Positions 25,304 to 34,471 of a stretch of 64,000 bases of DNA are shown piece after piece. Below the pieces are notes generated by a model, which saw only the letters and a program-made list of their open reading frames with translations, was not told the origin of the DNA and made no database searches. A program made the position numbers and the translations under genes. Each line of letters opens with the position of its first letter. The stretch's first letter is position 1. Source of the stretch: an uncultured Rivularia sp. (lineage in GTDB: Bacteria; Cyanobacteriota; Cyanobacteriia; Cyanobacteriales; Nostocaceae); assembly GCA_963665115.1 (NCBI GenBank), contig OY762007.1, forward strand, positions 6,016,001 to 6,080,000. Direction: 5' to 3'.

Positions 25304-25687
25304 CTAATCCCACCAAGCAAATAAATATTCTGAGGATACTTCTATTTCATCACATCCTTGTACAAACTTTATAAATTCTCCTGCAAAATCTAAATCTTTA
25401 ACTCCAACAACTTTTATCGCGTCAATAACTACATCTGAACTTTGGTTTTTAAAACCTACTTCGTCAAATGTTGCCACTGCTCTCATTTCAACACAACGTT
25501 TACCAAACTTAATGAATTTACCTATGGTGGGTGATCCATTGAAATATTTATCCTCTCTTGTGTAACCTTTATTAAGTAATTGTTCTAATACATCTAAAGA
25601 CAAATGACTAAATTTAATTGCATTGGGAGTGTATTCCGTGATTGTTTTACCTAAAATCTGTTCTAAACCTTCGGTATTTTTGCTCAT
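25304..25687 (-). CDS. Hypothetical protein
   Basis: 127-aa ORF with FNGSPT motif and C-terminal AWWD. Confidence 0.6.
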   Translation of the reverse strand: MSKNTEGLEQILGKTITEYTPNAIKFSHLSLDVLEQLLNKGYTREDKYFNGSPTIGKFIKFGKRCVEMRAVATFDEVGFKNQSSDVVIDAIKVVGVKDLDFAGEFIKFVQGCDEIEVSSEYLFAWWD

Positions 25688-25741
25688 TATTACTTATTAG
25701 ATTGAAACCGTATTTTCTCTTGTTACGAGCATACACTAATT

Positions 25742-27325
25742 ATGAATTTAAATGATTTACCATTACTATTTGACAGTAAGCAAGGTGTTGTTGCAATAGA
25801 AAGCCCTATTACTGAAAGATTTAAAATACTAGAGTTTGTTCATGAATTAGCCCAAAAACTTTGCTTACCATTATATTTTTGGAATGAGGGCTATTCTCAG
25901 TTACAACTGTTCAATAATAATCAACAACTTATATCTACTAAACATCAATGTTTTTCGGGATTAAATTGGTTATTACAACATTCTGATATAACAGGAATAT
26001 TCCTGGTTGAAGGAGTAATTTCACCTGATACTAAAACAGGTAAATTGTCTGGGCAAACAGAGATGATGCTAAGTAATTTAGTTTATGATTTAGCTTCAAA
26101 TCCTGTGCAAAAATTTCTCGTATGTATGGAAAGTTATGTTGAACTTCCTCACTCGCTAGCACCTTTAATTCCAACATTAATTAATCCATTACCTAATCCG
26201 TCAAATATTAAAACCCTTATTCAAAACTTTTGTAGTGATAAATTTTCTACAACTAATATCAACACAAGTCAATATGAAACTTTAGTCCGTACTTGTTTGG
26301 GTTTACCGCTTGGTGAATTAGAAATGTTATTGAAACGTTTATCTAGATTTACTTATACTTTAGAAGAATTAATTGATGGAGTATTGGATTATAAGAAGAG
26401 TAAGCTAAAAGGTCAGGGTGTGGAGTTTATAAGCGAACCAGATGTACCGAATGCTGCTGGTTTAGATTTACTGTCAGAAATTTTAGAACGTGCTGCGGTA
26501 CTACTAAAACCAGAAGCACAACAACATAACCTTAGCTTTCCAAAAGGTATGATTCTTTGGGGACCACCAGGAACGGGTAAATCTTTGAGTGCTAAATTAG
26601 CAGCCAAGAAAATGGGTGTACCAATGGTTGCTGCTGACTGGGCTGGGTTAAGAGGTACTACCGCATACGAATCAAGGAAGAATTTACGAGAGTTTTTACA
26701 ATTTTGTGATGCTAATGGAGAACACGGTTTAGTTCTCTACTTTGATGACTTCGAGAAGGGATTCGCTGGTTTCGATTCTGACAATGATGGTGGTGTGTCG
26801 CGTCAATTAGCCGGGAAGTTATTGACGTGGATGCAAGAACGAACTTCTCAGGTTTTGGTTATGGCTACCGTTAACAGATTGGAGTTTTTACCTCCGGAAT
26901 TGGTACGTCGTTTTAACGAAATTATTTTCGTAGACCTACCTCATGCTGGAGCGAGGTATGAGATATTCAAATTGCACCTAGCTAAATATTTCCCAGGGCT
27001 GGATTTTTGTGAAAAAGATTGGTTACGCTTGTTAAGAGAGACGAAGCTACTTACTCCGGCTGAAATCGCGTTGATGGTTAGAAAAACGGCTGAGGAAGTA
27101 TTTTATCGAAATACTCAAAAGTTTCTTACTTCTGAACTTGCAAAACAACCTTTAGATGTCAGTGTAAGAGACTTTTTAGAAACGCGATCGCAATTTACCC
27201 CCAGCATGATTCGGGAAGAAGATAAAATTGTGGAGATTCGTAATAAAGCTGCTTACGCTCGTCCGGCTGCATCACCAGATACAAGTAGGTGGGCTAAAGA
27301 ACCGGAGGTTTTATTTGGCAGTTGA
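25742..27325 (+). CDS. AAA+ ATPase (Ycf46-like)
   Basis: PKGMILWGPPGTGKS, LYFDDFEK, LLTWMQE, ATVNRLEFLPPELVRRF. Confidence 0.85.
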   Translation: MNLNDLPLLFDSKQGVVAIESPITERFKILEFVHELAQKLCLPLYFWNEGYSQLQLFNNNQQLISTKHQCFSGLNWLLQHSDITGIFLVEGVISPDTKTGKLSGQTEMMLSNLVYDLASNPVQKFLVCMESYVELPHSLAPLIPTLINPLPNPSNIKTLIQNFCSDKFSTTNINTSQYETLVRTCLGLPLGELEMLLKRLSRFTYTLEELIDGVLDYKKSKLKGQGVEFISEPDVPNAAGLDLLSEILERAAVLLKPEAQQHNLSFPKGMILWGPPGTGKSLSAKLAAKKMGVPMVAADWAGLRGTTAYESRKNLREFLQFCDANGEHGLVLYFDDFEKGFAGFDSDNDGGVSRQLAGKLLTWMQERTSQVLVMATVNRLEFLPPELVRRFNEIIFVDLPHAGARYEIFKLHLAKYFPGLDFCEKDWLRLLRETKLLTPAEIALMVRKTAEEVFYRNTQKFLTSELAKQPLDVSVRDFLETRSQFTPSMIREEDKIVEIRNKAAYARPAASPDTSRWAKEPEVLFGS

Positions 27326-27940
27326 AAAGTATCAAGTGGAATACTTTTAAGTTCAGCATCCACTTGTTGCAAACAAGCTAGTTTTACTATTGAGTATTTT
27401 CTCTTACCGTTTCTACATCTAAATCGAGAGATTCTGCAATTTGTTCAATACTTAAACCTAGCTTAATTAGTTTAGGAATTGTCTCCAGCTTATTTTTGAG
27501 AATTCCTTCCTCTACTCCTTCTTGATAAACTTTACTTTTCTTCAAAGAATCTAAGTTCAACATAGTTGTCAATTTCCTGCATACTCAAACTCGAATGATA
27601 CTTGTCCGGCTGCATCACCAGATACAAGTAGGTGGGCTAAAGAACCGGAGGTTTTGCTTGACTGTCGAAAAGTATCAAGTGAAATACTCTTAAGTTCAAC
27701 ACCTACTTGTTGCAATCAAGCTAGTTTTACTATTGAGTATTTTCTCTTACCGTTTCTACATCTAAATCGAGAGATTCTGCAATTTGTTCAGCAGTTAGCC
27801 CTAGTCTTATTAGTCTGGGAATAGTTTTTAATTTTGTCTCCAGGGAGCCTTCTTCTTTTGCTTCTTGATAAACTTTACTTTTCTTTAAAGAATCTAAGTT
27901 CAACATAGTCTCTATTTCCTCCACGCTCAAACTTGAAAAT
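27261..27940. repeat. Diverged tandem duplication, 343-bp unit
   Basis: GTCCGGCTGCATCACCAGATACAAGTAGGTGGGCTAAAGAACCGGAGGTTT starts at both 27261 and 27604. Each unit carries an Rpn C-terminus. Confidence 0.9.
27387..27572 (-). CDS. Stand-alone Rpn C-terminal (RpnS-like) peptide
   Basis: MLNLDSLKKSKVYQE..EQIAESLDLDVETVRENTQ, paralogous to the tail of the adjacent Rpn gene. Confidence 0.6.
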   Translation of the reverse strand: MTTMLNLDSLKKSKVYQEGVEEGILKNKLETIPKLIKLGLSIEQIAESLDLDVETVRENTQ

Positions 27941-28565
27941 TTGTCAATCACCCTCCGGGTTCGCCAGTCGCTACAACGGGGGGAACCCCCGCAACGCGCA
28001 GGCTCACCACTGCCTTTATAAATTCTAAGACTTTTTCCTCCAAAGTGGCATCGGTTAGCTCTTGTCGAGCTTGACTCATCAACTGTCTTGCAAATTCACC
28101 AGTTTTTTCTTGGCTTTTATTCTCGACTATTAAGCGCATAACTCCCACCGACAGCGATGTTTCTGAAGTTTTCGATAATTCATCAAGATAAAAACGACGT
28201 AGATGCGGTAACAAGAAATTTAAGTATCCAGGGAAATTCCCCTCACTACTTTTTGCATCATAGATAACTATGGCATACCATTCTTCGTTTCTTGGTTGGT
28301 ACTGGGTTAAATAAAGAATAATTTCAGCAGCAAGTTGATTGTAAAAATTATCATCTTTGTAGGAATGAGCCTCTAAAAAATAAATTGGTTCCGAAGGGTA
28401 ATTTTCGGGAGTTAAAAGTAAGCCATCTAAACGAAAACCCCTTTGTTTGATTTCTGGTGCGCTGAATTTATAGACGCTTGGGTCTTTCTCTGGTTGACCA
28501 ATTAATTCAAAGAATAATTCAGGTATTTCCTTGAATACTTCGTAGAAAAGCGGGTCGGCAGTCAT
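27730..28565 (-). pseudogene. Rpn family (DUF2887, PD-(D/E)xK) nuclease interrupted by a 56-bp insertion
   Basis: MTADPLFYEVF..EIKQRGFRLDG..IYFLE. Removing 27953-28008 restores FIKAVVIDKFSS. Confidence 0.8.
27948..28008. mobile_element. Small GC-rich insertion with 5-bp TCACC direct repeats
   Basis: TCACC at 27948-27952 and 28004-28008 flank a 51-bp GC-rich, self-complementary core. Confidence 0.75.
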
Positions 28566-28753
28566 GCACTTTTTACTGGTTACATTATCAATGTTATTAG
28601 TCTACAACGTTTTGTTTTCTATGTTAGTAATAATGTACTTAGCAACGCCAGAATTTTTTAAGCCTACTTATAGTTTCTTAAGTTAGTTGCAGTTACAGAT
28701 TATTTTATTGAAGGGAGATTCTCTTCATTAATCACAATAAATATTATTAACAG

Positions 28754-28769
28754 TATCACTATTGTCATA
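28754..28769. promoter_or_regulatory. Operator-like site TATCACTATTGTCATA
   Basis: 14/16 match to the 13652 palindrome; upstream of the 28849-VirD4 unit. Confidence 0.5.
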
Positions 28770-28848
28770 AACATATTTACGTCAATAGTAAATCACTTTT
28801 ATGCAGAAAATTGATTAAAAATAAGAAATAATATATCAACACAGATGA

Positions 28849-30009
28849 ATGAAGATTGGTCAATTTATCACTTTAAAAGCTATCCCCGTTCTCGCCGCTT
28901 CCATTAGTATCTACTCAAGTTCAACTTTTGCACAAAGTCAAACTAATTTACCTACCCGTATGATTTCTTCAGAGGGAGATAAACAAGTATTAATACCTGA
29001 CTGGCAAAGGATTTCATTTAACAATATGCCACCAATAAAAGAAAGTGGTTCAATAAAAGCGAACGGATTATTTCGTGAATGGAATGCGGGAGATACTCCA
29101 GATAGATATTTAACTTTAGGTGATATTGATGAATCCTTAAAACCCCAATTATTTAGCCTTAGTAATATTACAAGTGTTTCCAATGATTCCAATTTAAACA
29201 CTTCTAACTTAGAATATTTTCCATTATTAGGAGAACAAACAATTCAATATTTAGCAGAAGTAGTACCAAATTTAGGGCAAACTAATACGGATGAAATATC
29301 ACCCATCGCTGCGCTTTTAAAAGCCGAATCTCCTCAAACTAATACCAACACAAATCTATCAAATCTTTTATCCCAAAATCCAACTTTAGGAAAGCTAAAA
29401 CTCAATCAAATAGACTTATCAACATACACAATTTCTGATATTCCTAACCTTGATGCAGTACAGCTATCTAATTTTAAGGCTTGGGAAAATAGTTTGATTA
29501 AAGACATTCCGGGATTAAACGCTGTAGCTTTAGCTTCTTTCCCCCTTCCCTTAACAGAAGTAGGTAATAAAGTTGCCAGAATTGATTTTGTCTGGGGTCG
29601 TGCAGAAAAGCGCCGTCAACGCACGGTATCTGGTTCGGATGTAGCGGGCTTTTCTGTGCCATGTGAAGGGGAAGATTGTCCACATATTGAACTTGATGAT
29701 TTAGAAAATTCAGGACGTAACATAAGAAGCAAATTTGAAGGACGTTCTTGGATTAGCGGAAAATATCAAAAAGTAGAAGGTGGTTGGGGTTGTTTAAAAT
29801 CGGTAAATGCAGGCAAGGAACCCACTGGAAGATTGCCGTTTGGAAGCGCTTTTAAAGTAGTAGTTATGGAGCCATCGGAGACGACCGATACAGTTGATAC
29901 AGCTTTATTCTTTCGCTTCAAAAATGTCTGTGGAGCAACACCATATTTTATTGGTCCGGTTCCTTTTTTAAATTACGAAGTTAATGCGCCTATTTTCGTT
30001 GGAGACTGA
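28849..30009 (+). CDS. Secreted conjugation-associated protein with Cys-containing C-terminal domain
   Basis: Signal peptide (TFA), DIPNL/DIPGL repeats; upstream of VirD4. Confidence 0.65.
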   Translation: MKIGQFITLKAIPVLAASISIYSSSTFAQSQTNLPTRMISSEGDKQVLIPDWQRISFNNMPPIKESGSIKANGLFREWNAGDTPDRYLTLGDIDESLKPQLFSLSNITSVSNDSNLNTSNLEYFPLLGEQTIQYLAEVVPNLGQTNTDEISPIAALLKAESPQTNTNTNLSNLLSQNPTLGKLKLNQIDLSTYTISDIPNLDAVQLSNFKAWENSLIKDIPGLNAVALASFPLPLTEVGNKVARIDFVWGRAEKRRQRTVSGSDVAGFSVPCEGEDCPHIELDDLENSGRNIRSKFEGRSWISGKYQKVEGGWGCLKSVNAGKEPTGRLPFGSAFKVVVMEPSETTDTVDTALFFRFKNVCGATPYFIGPVPFLNYEVNAPIFVGD

Positions 30010-30085
30010 GTGAGGAGTGGGGGAGGGAGAGAGTGAGGGAGTGAGGGAGTGAGGGATAAATTTTTATAATAATCAGGAGCAGGAT

Positions 30086-30202
30086 ATGAATAGTCGTTTT
30101 TCTTCCAAAATTGTACGCTTTCTTATCTATTTTAATTTCAGTTTTGGAGTTTTATTACTAATAGCGACCTTATTTTTGAAAGATTGGAATAAGCATTTTT
30201 AA
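30086..30202 (+). CDS. Small 38-aa single-TM protein, not in the ORF track
   Basis: MNSRFSSKIVRFLIYFNFSFGVLLLIATLFLKDWNKHF, preceded by AGGAGCAGGA and ending 20 bp before virD4. Confidence 0.5.
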   Translation: MNSRFSSKIVRFLIYFNFSFGVLLLIATLFLKDWNKHF

Positions 30203-30222
30203 TCAAAATAAAAATATTCTAG

Positions 30223-32046
30223 ATGAAGCAAGATTTTTTATTATCTGAAAATATCACTAATCAAACTGTCATTGAGCAAAAATCAGATGGAATAAAATCA
30301 AGTTTTGATATTAATGGACTTATTAAAACTTTCGCCAATCCCGAAGGTTTAGCAATGATAGGAATTTTAGTATTCTTATTTATATTAAGTCAATTTTCTA
30401 GTGGTAAAAAAGGTCAGATTTCTACGGGAAGAGTAGTAGGAAGAGGAGAAAAATTAGCAGCAACAAACCTTGCTTTTAAACAAATTGAAGAACGCAAGCA
30501 CAATAAGGTAACTTTTTGGTGTGGTTCGCCTCGCTATTGGTTTTCTGGTAAATTCAGAAAATTTGGTACATCACTTCAAACCTTCCTTGGAGCATCACCA
30601 ACTGTTTGGATTCCCCATGCGGAACGTTCTACTCTTGTTCTTGGCGCTCCTGGCTCTGGTAAAACTTTCGGCACGATTGACCGCATGGCAGAAAGTTGCA
30701 TGATGCAAGGTTTTCCCCTAATTGTCTACGACAAAAAAGGCGACCAAATGAAATTACTCGCACCACTCGCAGCACGCTATGGTTACGATGTGCGAATATT
30801 TGCTCCTGGTGAACCGTACAGCGAAGTAATCAACCCGCTTGATTTCATGGAGAACCAAGAAGATGCGGTGAGTGCAGGACAAATTGCTCAAGTGATAAAT
30901 GCAAATGCTGGTGGTAGCGGTAAAGGTGATGAGTTTTTCTCAAAAGCTGCTGATTTACTAGCTAAAGCATTAATCCAATTAGCCAAAGGTAGCGATTGCC
31001 CGGATTTAGCAACCGTTTACTGCATTCAATCAGTTGATGATTTTATCAACAAATTACACGCAGCAGTACAAGCAGGTACGGTTTCTCGTTGGGTTGCTGC
31101 TTCGTTTCAGCAGTACTTAAAAGCTAAAGACAGTGAGAAAACTATTGCTAGTATCGACACAACCACAGTGGGAATATTTTCCGCTTTTATCCAGAGGTCG
31201 CTTCTTTCTTCTTTTATTGGTAAAAGCACAATTTCTACCAAACTCTCAGGAAAACAAATTCTTATTTTCAAACTGGATGACCCCAGACGTGATGTGGTAG
31301 GACCATTGCTTGCAGCTGCACTTCATATGACAATTGTCAGCAATTTGTGTACCCCTCGATGCGACCCACTAGGAATATTTATCGATGAACTACCATCGCT
31401 GTATCTAAAAGCATTACCCCAATGGATTAACGAGTACAGAAGTAACGGAGCTTGTTTTGTATTAGGTGTTCAATCTTTAGAACAACTGGCTAATACATAT
31501 GGTGAAAACTTAGCAGCTGCGATAACTAGCGCTTGCAGTACAAAAGTTCTCTACAACCCAGCAAATTACTCAACTGCGGATAAGTTTTCTCAATCCTTCG
31601 GACACAAGGAATTTATTGTCAAAAATAAATCTATCAGTGATTCCAAGGAAGGACGAACGGTAACTTGGACGGATAATTTACAAACAATGCCGATTCTTAC
31701 CCCGGATGAAATTATGCGCTTCCCACAAGGAAAATGCGTGATTACCAATCCCGGTTATACATCCGGAGCAGAAGGTTCAATTCCCTATCCTTTAACTATC
31801 CCCATTCCTAAGTCAGATATACAGCGAATAAATAGAAGCGAGCAACTTTGGTCCGAGCAAGTTTATCCAAGATTACTTGTGCGCTCCCCCATTGGTGATG
31901 TTAATCAATTAGATGAAGCTATAGATATGAGGAAACAGATTGCAGAGCAACTTTTAAACGGTGGGGAACATTCGACTGCTTCTGTAAATCAATTAGAAAG
32001 CAAAGAAATAGAATTAGTTAGTCCTCATAGTAATGAGGTTTGGTAG
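30223..32046 (+). CDS. virD4: Type IV coupling protein (VirD4/TraG family)
   Basis: N-terminal TM, GAPGSGKT, YDKKG, INPLD, IFIDELPSL, RSNG..LGVQSLEQL..YG. Confidence 0.9.
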   Translation: MKQDFLLSENITNQTVIEQKSDGIKSSFDINGLIKTFANPEGLAMIGILVFLFILSQFSSGKKGQISTGRVVGRGEKLAATNLAFKQIEERKHNKVTFWCGSPRYWFSGKFRKFGTSLQTFLGASPTVWIPHAERSTLVLGAPGSGKTFGTIDRMAESCMMQGFPLIVYDKKGDQMKLLAPLAARYGYDVRIFAPGEPYSEVINPLDFMENQEDAVSAGQIAQVINANAGGSGKGDEFFSKAADLLAKALIQLAKGSDCPDLATVYCIQSVDDFINKLHAAVQAGTVSRWVAASFQQYLKAKDSEKTIASIDTTTVGIFSAFIQRSLLSSFIGKSTISTKLSGKQILIFKLDDPRRDVVGPLLAAALHMTIVSNLCTPRCDPLGIFIDELPSLYLKALPQWINEYRSNGACFVLGVQSLEQLANTYGENLAAAITSACSTKVLYNPANYSTADKFSQSFGHKEFIVKNKSISDSKEGRTVTWTDNLQTMPILTPDEIMRFPQGKCVITNPGYTSGAEGSIPYPLTIPIPKSDIQRINRSEQLWSEQVYPRLLVRSPIGDVNQLDEAIDMRKQIAEQLLNGGEHSTASVNQLESKEIELVSPHSNEVW

Positions 32047-32747
32047 AGAAAAAACTCTATTTTTGTCATTGAGAAGTCGAATACAGTTAATATATAGCAA
32101 GTAGCTAGATAATTAATATCGCTAAAAACGCCGTAAAAGGCTAAAAATTGACTTATTATCACAGTATTTATAACTATTGTGCAACTTTATTAACTGTCAC
32201 CGAAGTATTTTGTATTACTATTCTCTTGAATTCAAAATTATATAAGCATAGTTATAAAAATTTCTCTATAAAGGAATTATTCTCAGTATATACCTTGTTT
32301 TTATCCAGTTAAAGAAAAAATCCACATAACAAATTACTTATCTCTTGATTACTCTTATTTTGTCAAAGATTTGACGACTTATAACAGTCACTTATCTTAT
32401 TTTTCTACTTACATAGAATTTGAATATTTTCAATATAGTTTGTATATCAAATAATACATCCGATTAAGATTTTCTTTGTATCAATAAAAACGTTTCGACT
32501 ACACAATTTTAAAATAACTTGATTGATTAATTTTTGTCGTATTTTTTTGTATCACTTATGATGGGTAAGAACATCGAATCCCGGACAAATTAGAGTTTCG
32601 TAAAACGCCAAATTTATTCAAGGAATAAGAATTATTTATTCATCAAAGTGCATCGATAATCATCAGTTAATCAAGAAGTTTATCTGGATAAAACTTTGAT
32701 ATTTCTCTCCTAAATCCACGTTGTTAAATAACTAATTGAGGTCAATG

Positions 32748-32971
32748 CGAAGGAAGAGGGAAGAGGGAAGAAGGAAGAAGTTTTTAGTTTTGGAATCTGA
32801 TTGAACTCCTTCCAAATTTTAGCCGCTGTAAACGATGGGGCTTGCAACCTTCCGGAAAAGTTAGAAGAATCGCCAACTTCCTTCTTAGAGGTCGTTCGCG
32901 TAGCGTCTGTGCTAGGAGAAAGACTTTTGGTCAAGATATATAGTGGTGGCAATTTAATATATTGCCACTAT
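32748..32971. repeat. MITE-like repeat: GGAAGAG heptamer run, core and terminal hairpin
   Basis: (GGAAGAG)n at ~32750-32780; TAGTGG(TGG)CAAT..ATTGCCACTA stem at 32941-32970; GC higher than the flanks. Confidence 0.4.
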
Positions 32972-33044
32972 TGTTGAAACCATTATATGGAGGGCGCGTT
33001 TTTCCATCACTACGACTTATGGTGGACTATTCGCGTAAATAAAA

Positions 33045-33425
33045 ATGACAAATTCGAGTCAACTATTCTCTAAAAAATATCTTCAAGATGGAGATTTTTT
33101 AGTAGCTATTGAGCGCATAAAAATAAAGCACAAATTATTTAGAGTAGTTGCTTATAAATTAGCAACTGGGGAAACTGCTATTACAACTCGACAAATGGCA
33201 GTTTCTGTTAAAAAACCATGCTACACGGCTCGTCAATTCATGCGGAAGATGGGAGTTGAGCCAGTTCGAGTTCAAATGCCCAATCGCTCGGTTACAGATA
33301 TGATTTCCATTTCAATTGTCATGGCTTTCTGGAAATCTCTCAACGAAGAGGGTGAGGGGAATCCACTTACCAAAATAGGTCAAAAATATTTGGACAAATA
33401 TTTAACCGAATCTGAAGTCAGTTAG
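33045..33425 (+). CDS. Hypothetical, probable DNA-binding protein
   Basis: 126-aa ORF with YKLATGETAITTRQMA, reminiscent of phage antirepressor-type N-termini. Confidence 0.6.
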   Translation: MTNSSQLFSKKYLQDGDFLVAIERIKIKHKLFRVVAYKLATGETAITTRQMAVSVKKPCYTARQFMRKMGVEPVRVQMPNRSVTDMISISIVMAFWKSLNEEGEGNPLTKIGQKYLDKYLTESEVS

Positions 33426-33547
33426 AGAGGAGGAGGGGAAGAGGAGGGAGGGAGTGAGAGAGTGAGGGAGGGAGGGAGGGAGGAGTGACAATTGTGATGA
33501 CAATTTTTTGACTTCTGGCTTCAAGCAAACTAAGCAAATCTAGTTAT

Positions 33548-34471
33548 ATGGTACTTCAAAAACAGCCAAATGCTATCTCAGATGGCATTCACAAGAGTGT
33601 GGAAACAAACGGTTTTTATCAAATACCTAATTCAATGGCTATCAAAGCTATTCGTGGGAAACTTACTGCTGCTGATTGGGCTTTATGGTCTTATTTACAA
33701 ATGATAGACCCTTTTGGAGACAAGATGATTGAATTACCAAAAATTCCAGAAATAGCTGAAGCTATAGGAATAAGCTCGCGACAAATCAAACGCTCTCTTT
33801 CGCGTTTGGAAGAATTAGAGCTTTATGTTTGGGAACCGATTTTAGTTCGCGGTCAAAATTTAGCTGGTAAAAAAGCGAAAGAACTTTGTCAACAGAAAAG
33901 AATAAATAAATCCTCTGAAAAAAATAAAATGACAGATTTGTCCGACTCTGGACAATCCTGTCCAAATGATGACAGAATTGTCCAAACCATGACAGATTTG
34001 TCAAAAAATGGACAGAATTGTCCAAATCGAGAGCCAGAACCCTTGCCTAGCAATGGTTCTAAATCCCCTCAGACTTATTCAGACTTTATACAGACTCTCT
34101 CAGAAGGCGAGAGAGAGAATTTTCTGGAATTTTCAAAAAAGAAAGCAGCTTTATTACCCAAACCTCCGCAACTACCTATCAAGTGGATTGAAGCTAACTT
34201 TGAAGATTTACATTGCCAATGGTTGGACACGAAGAAGCAAAATTGTAAATATAACTTCGAGGCTTACAGCGAATCGCAGCACCAAATGTGGTACGGACAA
34301 CTGCAAGTTGTTGTGGAAGGAGCAATCAAGCTCGGTGATGACAAGAATTTGCAGCTATTTTTCAAAGATGATTTTTACAAATGCTGGTTTAATTGGGCGA
34401 AATCAACCCGTGCAGATGTCCGCGAACTTTTAGCAAATAGTCCAATACTGCAACAGAAGAATTATGAGTGA
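33548..34471 (+). CDS. Replication initiator-like HTH protein with internal iterons
   Basis: HTH IPEIAEAIGISSRQIKRSLSRLEE; overlaps the dnaB start; central 20-bp repeats. Confidence 0.7.
   Translation: MVLQKQPNAISDGIHKSVETNGFYQIPNSMAIKAIRGKLTAADWALWSYLQMIDPFGDKMIELPKIPEIAEAIGISSRQIKRSLSRLEELELYVWEPILVRGQNLAGKKAKELCQQKRINKSSEKNKMTDLSDSGQSCPNDDRIVQTMTDLSKNGQNCPNREPEPLPSNGSKSPQTYSDFIQTLSEGERENFLEFSKKKAALLPKPPQLPIKWIEANFEDLHCQWLDTKKQNCKYNFEAYSESQHQMWYGQLQVVVEGAIKLGDDKNLQLFFKDDFYKCWFNWAKSTRADVRELLANSPILQQKNYE
33929..34027. repeat. Five palindromic iterons GACA-N4-TGTC with exact 20-bp period; putative origin
   Basis: Copies start at 33931, 33951, 33971, 33991 and 34011; an A-rich tract precedes them. 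Confidence 0.85.

Noticed and set aside
27261..27940. Possible CRISPR array or attL/attR pair
   Set aside because: Only two long adjacent units containing coding sequence; no short repeat-spacer pattern.
32710..32952. 80-aa ORF
   Set aside because: It overlaps the heptamer/MITE-like repeat and has no protein-like features.
33929..34027. Mini-CRISPR
   Set aside because: The 20-bp period leaves no room for spacers, and it lies within an ORF; iterons fit better.
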